A stretch of DNA of 62,679 bases, counting the filler, from Sphacelaria rigidula (lineage: Eukaryota): assembly GCA_964200075.2 (NCBI GenBank). It is 6 parts of 6 records of this genome, joined end to end, with 100 filler letters (N's around TTAATTAATTAA, not from the genome) between each part and the next. Parts side by side here need not be neighbours in the genome. Positions count along the whole stretch, not along the records: positions 1 to 10,364 come from CAXNAA020006647.1; positions 10,465 to 20,828 come from CAXNAA020006648.1; 4 more parts are not named here. One strand, 5' to 3'. Shown here in pieces: positions 1 through 11,748 of this stretch. Position numbers and translations under genes: made by a program. Position 1 is the stretch's first letter. Every line of letters starts with the position of its first letter. The notes below the pieces were generated by a model, which had not been told where the DNA came from, made no database searches, and saw only the letters and a list, made by a program, of their open reading frames with translations.

Positions 1-1760
1 GGCGGCCCCGCCCGGGCTGTGGGGGGGGGGGGGGGGAAGGGGTTTTCTCCTTTGGCAAACAACGATATGCGGCCCCCCCCCCCCCCCCCCCTTGAGGGTT
101 GCTCCCCCTGTGGGGTCGGCGTCGGTTGGCGATGACGGTGCAAAACACGCCACTCACTGCGTAAGCTAGGCAACAAGGTTACCGATTTGTTTTCGCGCGC
201 CTGGTTTTTTTTCGCGGTAACCATGATGGTGGTCGAGCTAGATCATAGTGTGTGGGAGTGGGGAAACCTCAACTCCCCGCAAAGGGGATGATACACGTAA
301 TGTTGAAAGGTGAGGCACAGATGGAACAGTTCTGTATGCCATGGCTCCCACTCTGGGAGTGGCGACACCAGTTATGAAGCAACTCATTGGAGGCTGTCAT
401 CCATATGCAAGATCATTGGGGTGCTTCGGGCCGAACAATCTTGGCAGGATGCAGCTCACCCTTCATGCGACTCGACAAACACATCATAACCCTTTGCGCT
501 CGCTGATTGATTGTGAGCCTGGTCCGAGGAAACCCGGCGTGCTCCGCCCCGGCTTTGCAAGGATGCGATGTCAAGAGTCATATGACTACGGCATGCATGA
601 TCATGGGTACCCGCTTCCCCCTCTCCCGGTACCCTATTTACCTGCCTGAAAATTGGATTTGTTATTAAAGCGTGGGGTGATGATTATATTATGCTACAAT
701 CAATCAATTGGATAGTGACTACTCCCGATGGCCGTCGACTTTCGGTGAACTCGACGACGGAAAGTAGTAGTGATGGTGATGCATGAACCATTACTATCGC
801 GATTCGAACCCGCCACTCTGCCGAAGCGACCGATGGTACTACAGTTTGATCAGCGGGTCGCGGTGGCAAATATAGCAAAATAAAACAACGTAAAAGGGGC
901 GTGAGAAGCACGGCGAACGGCGGCTTCGTTTTACTCACATTAAGCTCACGTACGTTTCATTTGAGGCCATCTGGGCCACCGTGATTATGTATGTGTGTGT
1001 ACCGAAATCCTGTCGTACGACAGGTATCTTTCTTTCCCTCTCTTTTCTTGTTTCTCTTTTCCTGATTTGATTATCTTTCTCTCTCGCTTTTTTTTCATCT
1101 GTTCATTTACTTCGTTTGTTCTTCCCTCGTTTCTTTCTTTCTTTCTTTCTTCGCCTTCTCCCCTCTTTGGGTTACCCTCCATCAGCGCTCACGTCTAGTT
1201 ATTCCTTGGGTATAATGGTCTCGTAGATAATGACCATGACTACATCCCTCTAGAATAAGATAATGTGGAACAGAAAACGTGGCTGGTTTGGGGAGTCAAA
1301 ATCCACACGTAAATCGGAATGAAAAACGCCGAGTACAGCAGGCAACTAACTGAGAATTCTCACGTTTGGTTCGTTTTCGCCAATATCGCCGATATGATAA
1401 ACATCATATAGCAAACACCATGCGCGGTGTGACCATTTTCTTCGTGACAGTCTTGGGGTGGTTTGGGGAGGGGAAAGCTATCGTAGAAAGACTCGACAAT
1501 CAGCGAACCAATCGACCTGTCGATCCACGAGTGCACCCACTCCGTCTAAACAAGGTCCTTGCTTTTTTCCTCGGGCACTCACACCTTTGCTGCCGGTTGT
1601 GGTTTGCGATTCATGCGAGTCATGACTACACCCTGCCCCATATTTTTGAGAGATTGTTGTCATCACCCAGAGGACTGGAAGTTGGAGTTCGTGTGACGCT
1701 CAAGTATATCGCAATGATAACTGTGGATTGTTTCTGTTATGGTTACCGCTCTAGTCTGTG

Positions 1761-2118
1761 CCGGTCGCCCCGGTGGCTCAGTTGGCAACCTCGAAACTTT
1801 GTGACGGTTACGACTTGGCTTCGAATTTCGGTGAACTCACACGATCTGGGATTTTTCCGTCACGTCATGCCCGACAGTAGAGAGCAATCATGTCGTGGAT
1901 ACACAGAATTCGACTTCACGGTCGACGAGGAAAAGGGGTCGCTGAACCATTCTCGTGATGAAAAGAACAGGGCAAGCACCGCAGAAGGAAGGTGGAGTAC
2001 TACCGTTGAAATAAAGATGAAACTCGTGTGTTGACCTTTCTTCTGTGTGACCCCGGCTGATGCGTCCAGGTGTACCGGAAAGTGTAGATTGGCGCCCAGA
2101 ATATATGGGATGACAACA

Positions 2119-2154
<36 letters not shown>

Positions 2155-2175
2155 GCACAACCGCACACACGCACA
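1761..2175 (+). mobile_element. tRNA-derived SINE with (CA)n tail (family A), intronic copy
   Basis: Head CCGGTCGCCCCGGTGGCTCAGTTGG (Pol III A box) and B-box-like GCTTCGAATTTCGG. The body and the tail GGGATGACAACAC(AC)n are shared with 55184-55554, 22571-22950 (minus) and 41855-41931. Confidence 0.8.
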
Positions 2176-2250
2176 CGCTTGTCTGCATGTAGCTATGTCA
2201 TGTACTTTACTCCCCCCCCGTCCCCCCTCCCAATCGAATCGAATGATCAG

Positions 2251-5200
2251 AGAGGTCATGACGGATGTCTTCCTGGCGTCCACCTCTCTCGTCACGGACT
2301 TCAGCGCTCTGTTCGTGGCTTGGGGCCAACTGATGTCGTTTGATCTGTTTCTCACCGAGGACAACGTCGCGGAGCCGTTCGACGTGGACTGCGACGATGG
2401 CGGAGGGTTCGCCGACGTCTGGTGACAAAAGCAAATCAGAACCTTCAGTGTTTTTTTTTTCTTGCAATATTAAGCTTACTGGTTGGAAATACGTACAAAA
2501 TATGACGAACAACGTTCCATGTTCCAAAGAAAGTTGCATATGTCATTATTGGTATCATATTTATCACTGGTATTATTATGATTGTGATCATTTATCATTT
2601 TTATGATGATGGTTCATATTATGTCTACGATCATTCATATTATACGCTCATGATTTATAATATGATTTTTTTTATCATGATCATCATTATTAATACTCTT
2701 CTTCGTAGCATTATAAATATATTCTATAGTGTTTTTGACTGGATCTGCTGCTTATAGCTTCGACTGTTTGCTTAGGATATTGTTTTGTACACGAAAATCC
2801 TTGAGTATTGTTTGTGTGCAGATTATACATTGGGCATAGGTCTCATACATGGATTCTTGGGCATGTAGTCAACCAGCCTAGTAGGAGCCAGTACGGTCCA
2901 GTACAAAGTACCAACAGGAATGGTCCGGGAACCAGTACTGTAGCCAGTGTTCAGTAGAGCGAGAACGGCTCCGCGGCTCTACATTGTAAGTTCTAAAGCT
3001 GGGTCGTAGGGCTGAGAGTCAGAGAGAGAAGGTTCAGATAGAGCTGTACACAAGCGGGTGACATCTTTCTGAATAATGAAAAGCACAGCGATGCAGCGCC
3101 TCAAAGTCGGTATGTGGTCTGCTCAACCCATCAAGATCTCTCGTGACAATTGCCTTGCTCCGCTATAAAACGGTGCACTGTGAGGAAGCGCGTCACGGCC
3201 ACACCAAACATCTCACAAGTGCACAGGTTCGTGAGCCTCGAGGAGTATGGAGTCAGACCCAAGCAAGTTGCCAGTCTTGACGGGCGCTCGTGGGCACTCG
3301 CGACAAACATGGGACGCATGAAGACTTTCCATCGTTGGATACACAGGGGGGAAAGGACTATACCCCCTGCTGCGACCGGATTACACCACACCGGCCGTTC
3401 CGACAGCGACCACAACACTTGATCAGCGTAGGGCGTACGAAACGCACCAACGCAATACACAGTCCTTGTGGGTCCTCCTGGCACAGGCTACAGAAGGATC
3501 AGCCCCAGCCATCGTTGCACGATGCGAGCACGGCGGTAACCCTGACGGCAGGGAAGCCTGGCTGGAGATGGAACGGATCTACGGAGGACGTGCAGAGGAC
3601 GAGCGGCCTGTGCAACTACTTGCCTTGGAACGATGACTGCGGGATCTCCAATGCAATTCTGCAGAAGAATCAGTAGATTTTATGGTGAAGCTGGATATCA
3701 TCTGGGGGGAATTCGAAGCGCTTGGAAATGCCAAAGCCGACGAGACTAAGAGGGCAGCCCTTTCATTGGGGATCAAGGAGGCGCTTCCGCAAGTATTCAT
3801 TCAGCTAACAACCCGGCGAGGTATGATGTACGATGAGTTGAAAGGGGCAGTCGTGGCATCATCAGCATACCTCACGTCTGACATGAAACGCTGTGGTGAG
3901 GTAGCAACGTTCCAATCGAGAACCGACGGCAACAAAACCGACTCGGGGCTCGATAGCATCAATGCGCCTACCGTTTCAAGCGAAATCACAGGTGGCGGGA
4001 GTGTCGCTCCTACTCCAACGGCAAACCTCCGGCTAAACGACCGCCGGGAATGAGCCCCGCACAAACGTTCCCACCCCATCCACAAAACGGCAGAAGTAAT
4101 GGGAGGAGGGACAGACCGAGGGCATTCATGACGATGAACGTGGTAGTCGAACATTAGCGGGGAGTATCCATGTGCACGTCGACCAACAGTCACACAGAGG
4201 TATCGATTCTCTTCGACTCAGGAGCGAATATCCACATAGCTCCTTAGAAACAGGATCTCGGGAATACACGTACGATCAATCGAAGCTGTTCATTTGGGAT
4301 CAAGGGACAACTGCATGCACTGGCAATGGGAGAGGCCCTACAGCACGTGGGCGATCGGGAAAAGGAGGCTCCGGCAAAGGTCACACTGAAGGACCTGGAC
4401 TGGGTCCCTGGGCTATCTTGCCGGCTGCGGTGTACCGGAACGATTCGGCGTGACGGAGGATAATTTTTGCGAAACGGCAGGAAGGAGAGCTACCTTCGGT
4501 CCGGAAAGGATGGACCGAAAATCTCCCCCAGCCGATAATAGAGGGTTCCTGACCCTGTCGGCATCGCTGCAGGGGGATGGCAAACATGCGGCGTCGGCGC
4601 ACGCTTCGTTCGCAAACAAGAAGTAGGGCCTCACATTGAAGGAGTGGCACGACGCCTTCGGACATATCGATCCGGCTGCCATAAAACACCCCGAGAAGCG
4701 TGGGCTGATCGATGCCACTGATACCATGGTGGCGTCCGAGATACGCTGCAGCATCTGCAAGGAATGCAAGTCCGAGGCGCTCAGCTACGGCCGCGGCGGC
4801 AGGAGTCCCAAAGCACCAGGTGAAGGCGTGCACACTGACCTTGAAGGGCCCTTCCACGCCGATGTCACGGGCATAATATACTTGCAGGTTTCCGTGGACG
4901 AGGCCAGCACGTGGTTGAACTCAAGACTAGAGATCCTGCCACTGACACCACGGGAGCCTATATAGGCGAAATGGGTCGTGAGGAAGTGGCCACCACATGC
5001 TTCGGCGGAGACGGCATTGGGGAACTTGGACGGTCAGTCAAATTTCAACGCATGCTGGCCAATCGCGGCATCAAGTGGGGCAACTCACCGCCAAGGACGC
5101 CGCAAAGTAATGGGATTGCTGAACGTGCCATTCAACAACTGATGAGGATAGCACGCTGCCGAATAGTGAAAGCGGGACGCGGAGAGGACTACCGGTTCTT

Positions 5201-8200
5201 TGCTGAGGTGGATGCGGCATTCAAGCCCCAGGGATGACCGACGAGTACCTCGACGGCGAGATCCCATGTGATGGGCTGACAGGAGAGCCTTTCAACTACG
5301 GCCGGCTTCGTACTTGGGGATCCGAGTGTTTCGTGCATCAGCACAAGCAGCAGCACGGCGCCATTGCAAAGTTCCACCCATATGCGAAGCGGGGCATCTT
5401 GGTGGGGCACGATCGGCACTCTCTCTACTGGTATGTGTGGCTGCTACAGGAATCAAACCTCGTTGAGTCTTCACACATCACGTTTGAATCAGAGGCCAAG
5501 ATCCTAGACATCGTGGGGAAGCTGAAGGAGATCGAACTCAGTGATGACGAGGACGAAACATCGGAAGAAGAGAAAGCAGCAGCAATCGACGGTGACGATG
5601 GCCCGGGTGGACAGCCACCACAGGACCCGACATCATCGAAGCGCTCTTCTCCGGACAGTGGACTGCGCAGGTCCAGTCGACTGGTGCAACGGCACCGGGG
5701 GGACAACGCACAACAACGCTTTGGGATTTCTGACGACACAGTTCTGATGAAAGGAATTTACTCGCCACCCTTCTACAAGATCAGGACAAAGAGGCATTCT
5801 GCATGCTCGGGGGCGGAATCGTCACTGAGCCACAGGAACCGTCGACAGCGAAAGAAGCCCTGGCAGGACCTGATGCTGACAAATGGAAAGTGGCCATGGA
5901 GGAGAAAATCCAGAGGAAAGACAACGAGCCTCAGAGACGAGAGGCCGGTGAACCGCTGGGACCACGGGTGCCACCGGCGGCGCCTGTAACCCATGCTACT
6001 CCAAGCGCGAAAGAGCGCTCCGAAGGCCCAAAGACCAAGGCATCCCAGAAAAGAAAGGAGCAGCAGGTCGGACCAGAGGATCATGCCTCCTCACACGGAG
6101 ATGGTCGTGAACAAGGCCGAATCACCGAACCACCGAAGGAGCGAAGCTCATGAATATATTTGTGCCGAGCGCGGACAGTTCTGACCTTGATCAAGAAGCG
6201 GAGGAACAACCCGCGGCGAAGGAAACGACAAAGGCGGTGGAGGAACCACCCGAGGATGCGGGATGTATGCCAAACAAGGACAGCCGCGCACAAAGCCAAT
6301 AAACGTCCACGTCGCCGTTCTCCACGAAGGATGTTAAAATGGAAAAGGCGGCGAAAGTCGGGACGAGTCCGGAGGGTCCAGGTCCACCACGCGACTTTAA
6401 TGGCACTCAATAGAAAGATTTATTCATCTCGTATCTAGCACATTGAGTGTGGTCGTATCAGCTCTCTGTGTTACCGCTATACGATCATGAGGGAGTGTGC
6501 AGATTATGTATAGAACATATATCTCACACGTAGATTCTCGGGCATGTAGTCAACGCGCCTGGTAGGAGCCAGTAAGGTTTAGTACAAAGTACGAACAAGA
6601 ACGGTCCGGGAACCAGTACTGTAGCCAGTGTTCAGTAGAGCGAGAACGGCTCCGCGGCTCTACATTGTAGGTTCTGAAGCTAGATCTTAGGGCTGAGAGT
6701 CAGAGAGAAGGTTCAGATAAAGCTGTACACAAGCGGGTGATATCTATATGAATAATGAAAAGCACAGCGATACAGCGCTTCAAAAGTGGGTATGTAGTCT
6801 GCTCAACCCATCAAGATCTCTCGTGACGATTGCTTTGCACCGCTATAAAAAGTGTTCAGTTGATTTGACTGGTTGTTGATTTCACGTTCGTATTTGTTTT
6901 GGGCATTCGCGCATCACATACCTCATGATCCCCGTCTTGTTCCATTGCTGAAAACTGGAGTATGATAGTGCGGAGATTTCTCGTGTATACCATGGTTGTC
7001 CACCACGCAGTATTCTCTGGTGCAATTACAACGCCCGCCGCACGCCCCCGGTGGTTAACATGAAAAAGCTAAAACTGAAACCAAATGGGTCAGAAACAGC
7101 GAGGGTCCGACTCCCGGCAGATGTAATTGATTTTCCTTTTTTTTTGCTCGTCTGTTTACTTCATATGTTTTCTTCTTTCTTCTTGTTTTTTTATCCAAGA
7201 ACTGTCTGAGTTCCGTCGTTGAGAGGGCGAGGACATGGGTTGAGTAGCACACGAAATATTTTTTCGACGACAGTCGACGCGTTGCGGAAGTCCTTATACA
7301 AGGATCCGTATTACTAATAACATGTAAGCCGTGACCGTTGGAGAAAATGGGTTGATCGCTTCAGACAACGGGCTCTCATCCCCACCAAGGGAAGGGACTT
7401 GAAAGTATGACGGGGAAAAAGAAGAAAAACGTTCACCCGAGGTGACGCAGAAACCTGCCCTTGGGTTTTTTCTCTCGTACAATGCAGCGGCCACCGCTGC
7501 CGAATTTTGTGCCTTTGGGGTTGATCCCGTCAAGATTTTTTTTCGGTCAACAGGATCTTCACTGCAAGTAATCCGGGGCCTTCGCTTCTAGAGAAGGTCA
7601 GGGTAGGGGTTGGATGTCTTGTGTTCCGAGTGAAGATTTATATGTTCCGTAGCTCAAGGTAAAATCAAGGGCTATATCGAAGAAGTGCACAATGTGTTGA
7701 TAACAGTATTCCCAATACAACAAAAAAGCGAAAAAATGCAAAACACGTGGTTCCTGGGCTCACTCACCGGGCGTGTCCCGCCGACAGAGATAGATAAATA
7801 CGCAATTTTGTACGTACCGTGCACATATATATGTACATATGGATTCGAACTCATGACCTGTGTGATTTGAGGCTGTTGTATTCGTTTGACCACCGGGGTC
7901 ACACAAAAAGTGCGACGCGAACCCCAATTTTACGTATTTTTTGCTGAAACTTTGCAAGGATGTGGTTGACGCAAGTGCCCGTATGTACCCGAGCATTGTC
8001 ATCGTTTCAAACATTGGTTTAGGAAGTTGTAATTTTTTTTCTGTTTTTGCTGAAACTTCAACTCGCTCTAACTTCTGTCTGTTTGTTTTTTTCCTTCTGC
8101 ACCACTCGGAGTGTTGCGCGGATTGATGATGAAAATGTTGTGTCAAAATTCAGCATATACCCACCAAATGGTAAGCGAAATCGTAGCGTTTATGTTGATT

Positions 8201-10158
8201 GATTGGTTGGTTGAGTGTCGCACTTTAACTTATTCTCAAGGGATCCAGCCGTGGTGACGTGATGGACGTACCCGAGACGAATACATTTATGACAATGTAT
8301 GTGTAAGCAAGCAAAACATGCGCACATTCTTTTTTTTTTTCATCGGCTAGAAAAGGAACACCAAAAACAACGCAAAACATAACACAGAAACACACAAACG
8401 AGAACAAAAACGCAACACACGAACACGAGCCTCGACAGGAAAAAGACATCGTGGAGCAAAAACGCCCAGCGCCCTGTACTGTGCTGCTGCAACAAAAGCA
8501 TTCAGGAGTCATGCCACGGCCGGGGGTTGTATATTTGGATCCAGGTGCTTCTGATTGAGAGGTTCCATCTTGACTTGGGTGCTGCATAAGGATATGGGTA
8601 AAGGGCCTTCCCGTTATTGAATTAATTCGAGCTACCTCTACACCACTGCAACACTGATCGTCGCGTGCTCTCACATGTTAAATGAGTCGCTTTTTTTATG
8701 ACGATGAGAGGGCTCCTAATAATTGAAACCTGGTAAATATTCTGTGCCCCCCTACCGTGCTATGACTCTCAACTACATATACCGCTTCCTGCTCCTGTTG
8801 CTGCAGGTGTCCGCTGGGTGAAGCATCGGACCCCATATCGTTCGATCGATCTAACGCTACGGTGAATTCCACGGTAAGGAATCCCACGAATTATGCCACC
8901 GCTTACCTGGATCTGGATTTCGTGTACGGTCGAAGCGAGGAGGAAGCGGAGTCATTGCGTACACTGTCGGGTGGAACAATGCAGCTCTCCGATTCGGGCA
9001 TTCCCCTGCAGAATACGGACGGCACTTGGTTGGTGAGCTGTCTCCTTGTCTCCCTTCTTCTGTACCCTTTTTTCTCGTCTGTGTGTGTGTCTCTCTCTTC
9101 CTCTCTCTCTCGTGTCTCAGTGTCGGCCTCATCTGTCTGTCTGTCTGTCTATGTCCGTCCCTGTCTTCGTCCTTGTCTCCGTTTCCCCCTATCTCTCCGT
9201 CTCCCTCTCTCCGTCTCCCTCTCTCCGCCTTCCTCTCCGTCTCCCTCTCTGTTTCTTACAACTGCCCCCGTCTCGAAAGGGATGCATGGTCAATGGTCAA
9301 ACGACTCAGGCAAGCAACAAATGAGTACGCCCCCCTCCGTCCCCCCTCCCCCTTATACGTTCGTTTCTATCACACACTAGATCGCGGATCAGAGAAGTGC
9401 CCGCTTCCCGGTCACGTTTGCCCTGCACTCCGTACTGCTGTTGGAGCACAACCGTTGCTGCGAGGAGGTAGCCCCAGACCTGGGCTTCACCACGGACGAG
9501 GTGTGTATGTGTCTGCATGAGTTCGTGCACATGAAGGTATATTGTGTATGTACCTACATATATGTACACGTGCAATTTCCAACATTTTTCCCTTTTGTTG
9601 ATGAACTTCGCACATGAACAAATGATGCCCTATCACCCCTTTTTTCTCGCTGTTTTCCTCCCTTACTTTGCTCTTGTTCTGTTTTTTCTTAACTCCCTCC
9701 ACCCCCCCTAGACGGCGAAACAAAACGGGGATAAGACATGTAACAAGCTTTTGGGTAATGTGTGAAAGAAACGTAGTGAGCACCAAAATGTTGGAGGCTT
9801 ACCAGGAGTAGGAACGGTGCTTCGTCTCGAAAGGGATGCGTGGTCAAAGGTCAAACGACTAAGGCAAGCAACAAACGAGTACGCACCACCCCATCCCCAA
9901 GAATCTCAACTTCTCAAAGTTGAGTACCCTTCCCCGCTCATCCTTTTTTCTCGCTTTTTCCTTCTCGTGTGTTCCTCTTCTCCCCTTTCAGGATATATAC
10001 CAAGCGTGCCGGATGCGCACAATCGCATCATACCAGCATATCGGCCAAAACGATTTCTCAATCAGGTTGTTGGCAGGGCCTGTGATGGATCTCGCGGTCG
10101 ACGAGCCTTGGTACGATGAATCATTTTACGGCACGGATGATGACGATGACTACCGCAG
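2251..10158 (+). CDS. Peroxidase-cyclooxygenase (animal heme peroxidase) family protein, internal exons only (partial gene)
   Basis: Phase-compatible GT-AG exons 2251-2421, 8807-9032, 9381-9500 and 9992-10158 give REVMTDVF...FSALFVAWGQLMSFDLFLT...DVWCPLG...ISFDRS...RNPTNYATAYLDLDFVYGRSEEEAESLRTLSGGTM...IADQRSARFPVTFALHSVLLLEHNRCC...DEDIYQACRMRTIASYQHI. This matches the family motifs WGQxxxHD, NxxTxxLDxxxVYG, GDxR, LxEHNR and ExxYQxAR..IAxxQHI. The 5' and 3' exons lie outside the contig. Confidence 0.88.
2815..3170 (+). repeat. 5' LTR of the copia element
   Basis: TGTGCAGATTAT...CCGCTATAAAA, directly repeated at 6496-6850 (about 85-90% identical by eye). Confidence 0.92.
6496..6850 (+). repeat. 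3' LTR of the copia element
   Basis: Direct repeat of 2815-3170, preceded by a purine tract at ~6487-6495. Confidence 0.92.
9269..9335 (+). repeat. Fragment of dispersed retroposon-like repeat (family B)
   Basis: GTCTCGAAAGGGATGCRTGGTCAA...AGGCAAGCAACAAAYGAGTACGC recurs at ~9824-9885 and ~41946-42008. Confidence 0.75.
9710..9895 (+). repeat. Longer fragment of repeat family B
   Basis: AGGAACGGTGCTTCGTCTCGAAAGGGATGCGTGGTCAA...GAGTACGC is near-identical to 41933-42008. The left boundary is approximate. Confidence 0.7.
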
Positions 10159-10310
10159 GTGTGTTACAAGTTGCATGCACGACGTCTGAGCAGCGGCGAC
10201 CGCTCGCTATTGTAGCAAAAGTGGCTCGAGCGATTTAACTTTGATGTTTTGCTTCGATTCCTTTTTTTTATTCTGATTTTGGAGATAATAGTGCAATGTA
10301 TTACTACTAT

Positions 10311-10311
10311 A

Positions 10312-10364
<53 letters not shown>
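10311..10364. repeat. (TAT)n microsatellite at contig end
   Basis: Perfect trinucleotide run up to the spacer. Confidence 0.95.
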
Positions 10365-10464
10365 NNNNNNNNNNNNNNNNNNNNNNNNNNNNNNNNNNNN
10401 NNNNNNNNTTAATTAATTAANNNNNNNNNNNNNNNNNNNNNNNNNNNNNNNNNNNNNNNNNNNN
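10365..10464. other. Artificial contig spacer (N44-TTAATTAATTAA-N44)
   Basis: Exact 100-bp linker with stops in all frames; identical copies at 20829-20928, 31292-31391, 41755-41854 and 52218-52317. Confidence 0.99.
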
Positions 10465-11748
10465 GAATGTGAGGGCGCAATGGTTGGAGTAGGCGCAAAA
10501 TACCGATGTGTTGTGAGTTGTGAGTCCAGATCTTCTGTCGATGCCGAGAGACTCGGGAACGATTTCCGGGGAGAAAGGGGTGTGGTCGTTGTGGCGTTCG
10601 TGAACGGCAAATGAGCGGGGAAAGAGCCGAATGTGAGGGCGCAATGGTTGGCGTAGGCGCGTGGGTTTCCTTGCGCGCAGTGTGCCGCATCAGGTGCAGT
10701 GTGGGAAGTGAGGGACCAGGACAGGTACTCTCGGGGCCGACTGGTAGCCCAGATAAGATACGATTGAAAAATAATTTCTAGACCAGGTATACCTGGCCAA
10801 AATTTGGCCTAGAAAGGGGGAGTGGTTTTTGGAGGCGAGACGTCCTTCCGCGCATGGCCATATCTCGCGAGTAACATATATATTTTCTGGGGTTTTTTTA
10901 GGCCCCGGTCCCGAGGGGGGCCATGATTGCTGTGCGTGAAAAATTCGGAGCGAAATAGGTCTAGATTGTGTGTTATGTTGTTTTCGCGTTTTTGGTCATT
11001 TTTCGTACTTTTTTAGGCAAAATACGACAAGGTATTCATTTTCTAGGCCATTGCTCCAATCACTATTTATTTGTCGCACGTTTAACCCCTCCACTTCCTC
11101 GAGACGAGTCCGTGCTCTCGAGGCATCAACCCATCCCCCCGGTACGCGCCTTGCATTTTGATCTCGCGGATTGGGTCAGCACTCCCGCACCGCGCCAACT
11201 CTCGTCAAACGCACTCAGTCAACGACCACTTGTTTACTCACCCACATTATACCGCTTTCGACGATGGAAATCAGACACTTCAAATAAAACTCCCAACGCA
11301 TCGGGAATCGAACCCTCGCTTTCTCCACCCTACTGGTGACAGTCGGACCAATACACCACCGGGGCGCGGCCGTGATTTAGCAGGGACACCAACCGACAAA
11401 CGTCCGAGGCTGGGAACTCACCACAGGGGCGCCGCGGCGGGGTTGATTGATGAGGTTGATTGAGTGCCTGCTCGTCTCGATAAAGTGATTAGCTCCGCAC
11501 CCAGATGTGGTAATGACATAGAGAAACCCCCGACGAAACACACGGAAACACTAGGTGAACAAAGCTTGACTACCAAAAAATCGGAGATGAAACGAAGGGG
11601 GGGAAAAAGGAGAAAATCTTAAATGCAGTTTCTGCCAAAGACACCAGGTTACGAACGGTCCAAAGATAAACACCCACGACACCCCCCCCCGCCAGAGCTA
11701 CAGGCAGGAGGTGTTGACATACGCGTGAAGGCCGGGCCGGGAACTCAC

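Larger units (their letters stand above)
2815..6850 (+). mobile_element. Degenerate Ty1/copia LTR retrotransposon (gag, protease remnant, integrase; no RT/RNase H) inside the peroxidase intron
   Basis: Two ~355-bp LTRs starting TG, and a PPT-like ATGAGGGAG just before the 3' LTR. Frameshifted gag-like ORFs at ~3420-4050. Pre-integrase EWHDAFGHI...CSICKECK, integrase VHTDLEGPF and TPQSNGIAERAIQQLM, SH3-like LRTWGSECFVH...KFHPYAKRGILVGH, then EPSTAKEALAGPDADKWKVAMEEKI (copia domain order). Confidence 0.92.

Noticed and set aside
1366..2034. 222-aa ORF and the many other short ORFs in the track
   Set aside because: They run through SINEs, microsatellites or introns, or are antisense shadows of real exons, and have no protein motifs.
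10409..10420. TTAATTAATTAA palindrome repeated five times
   Set aside because: Synthetic all-frame stop linker within N padding.
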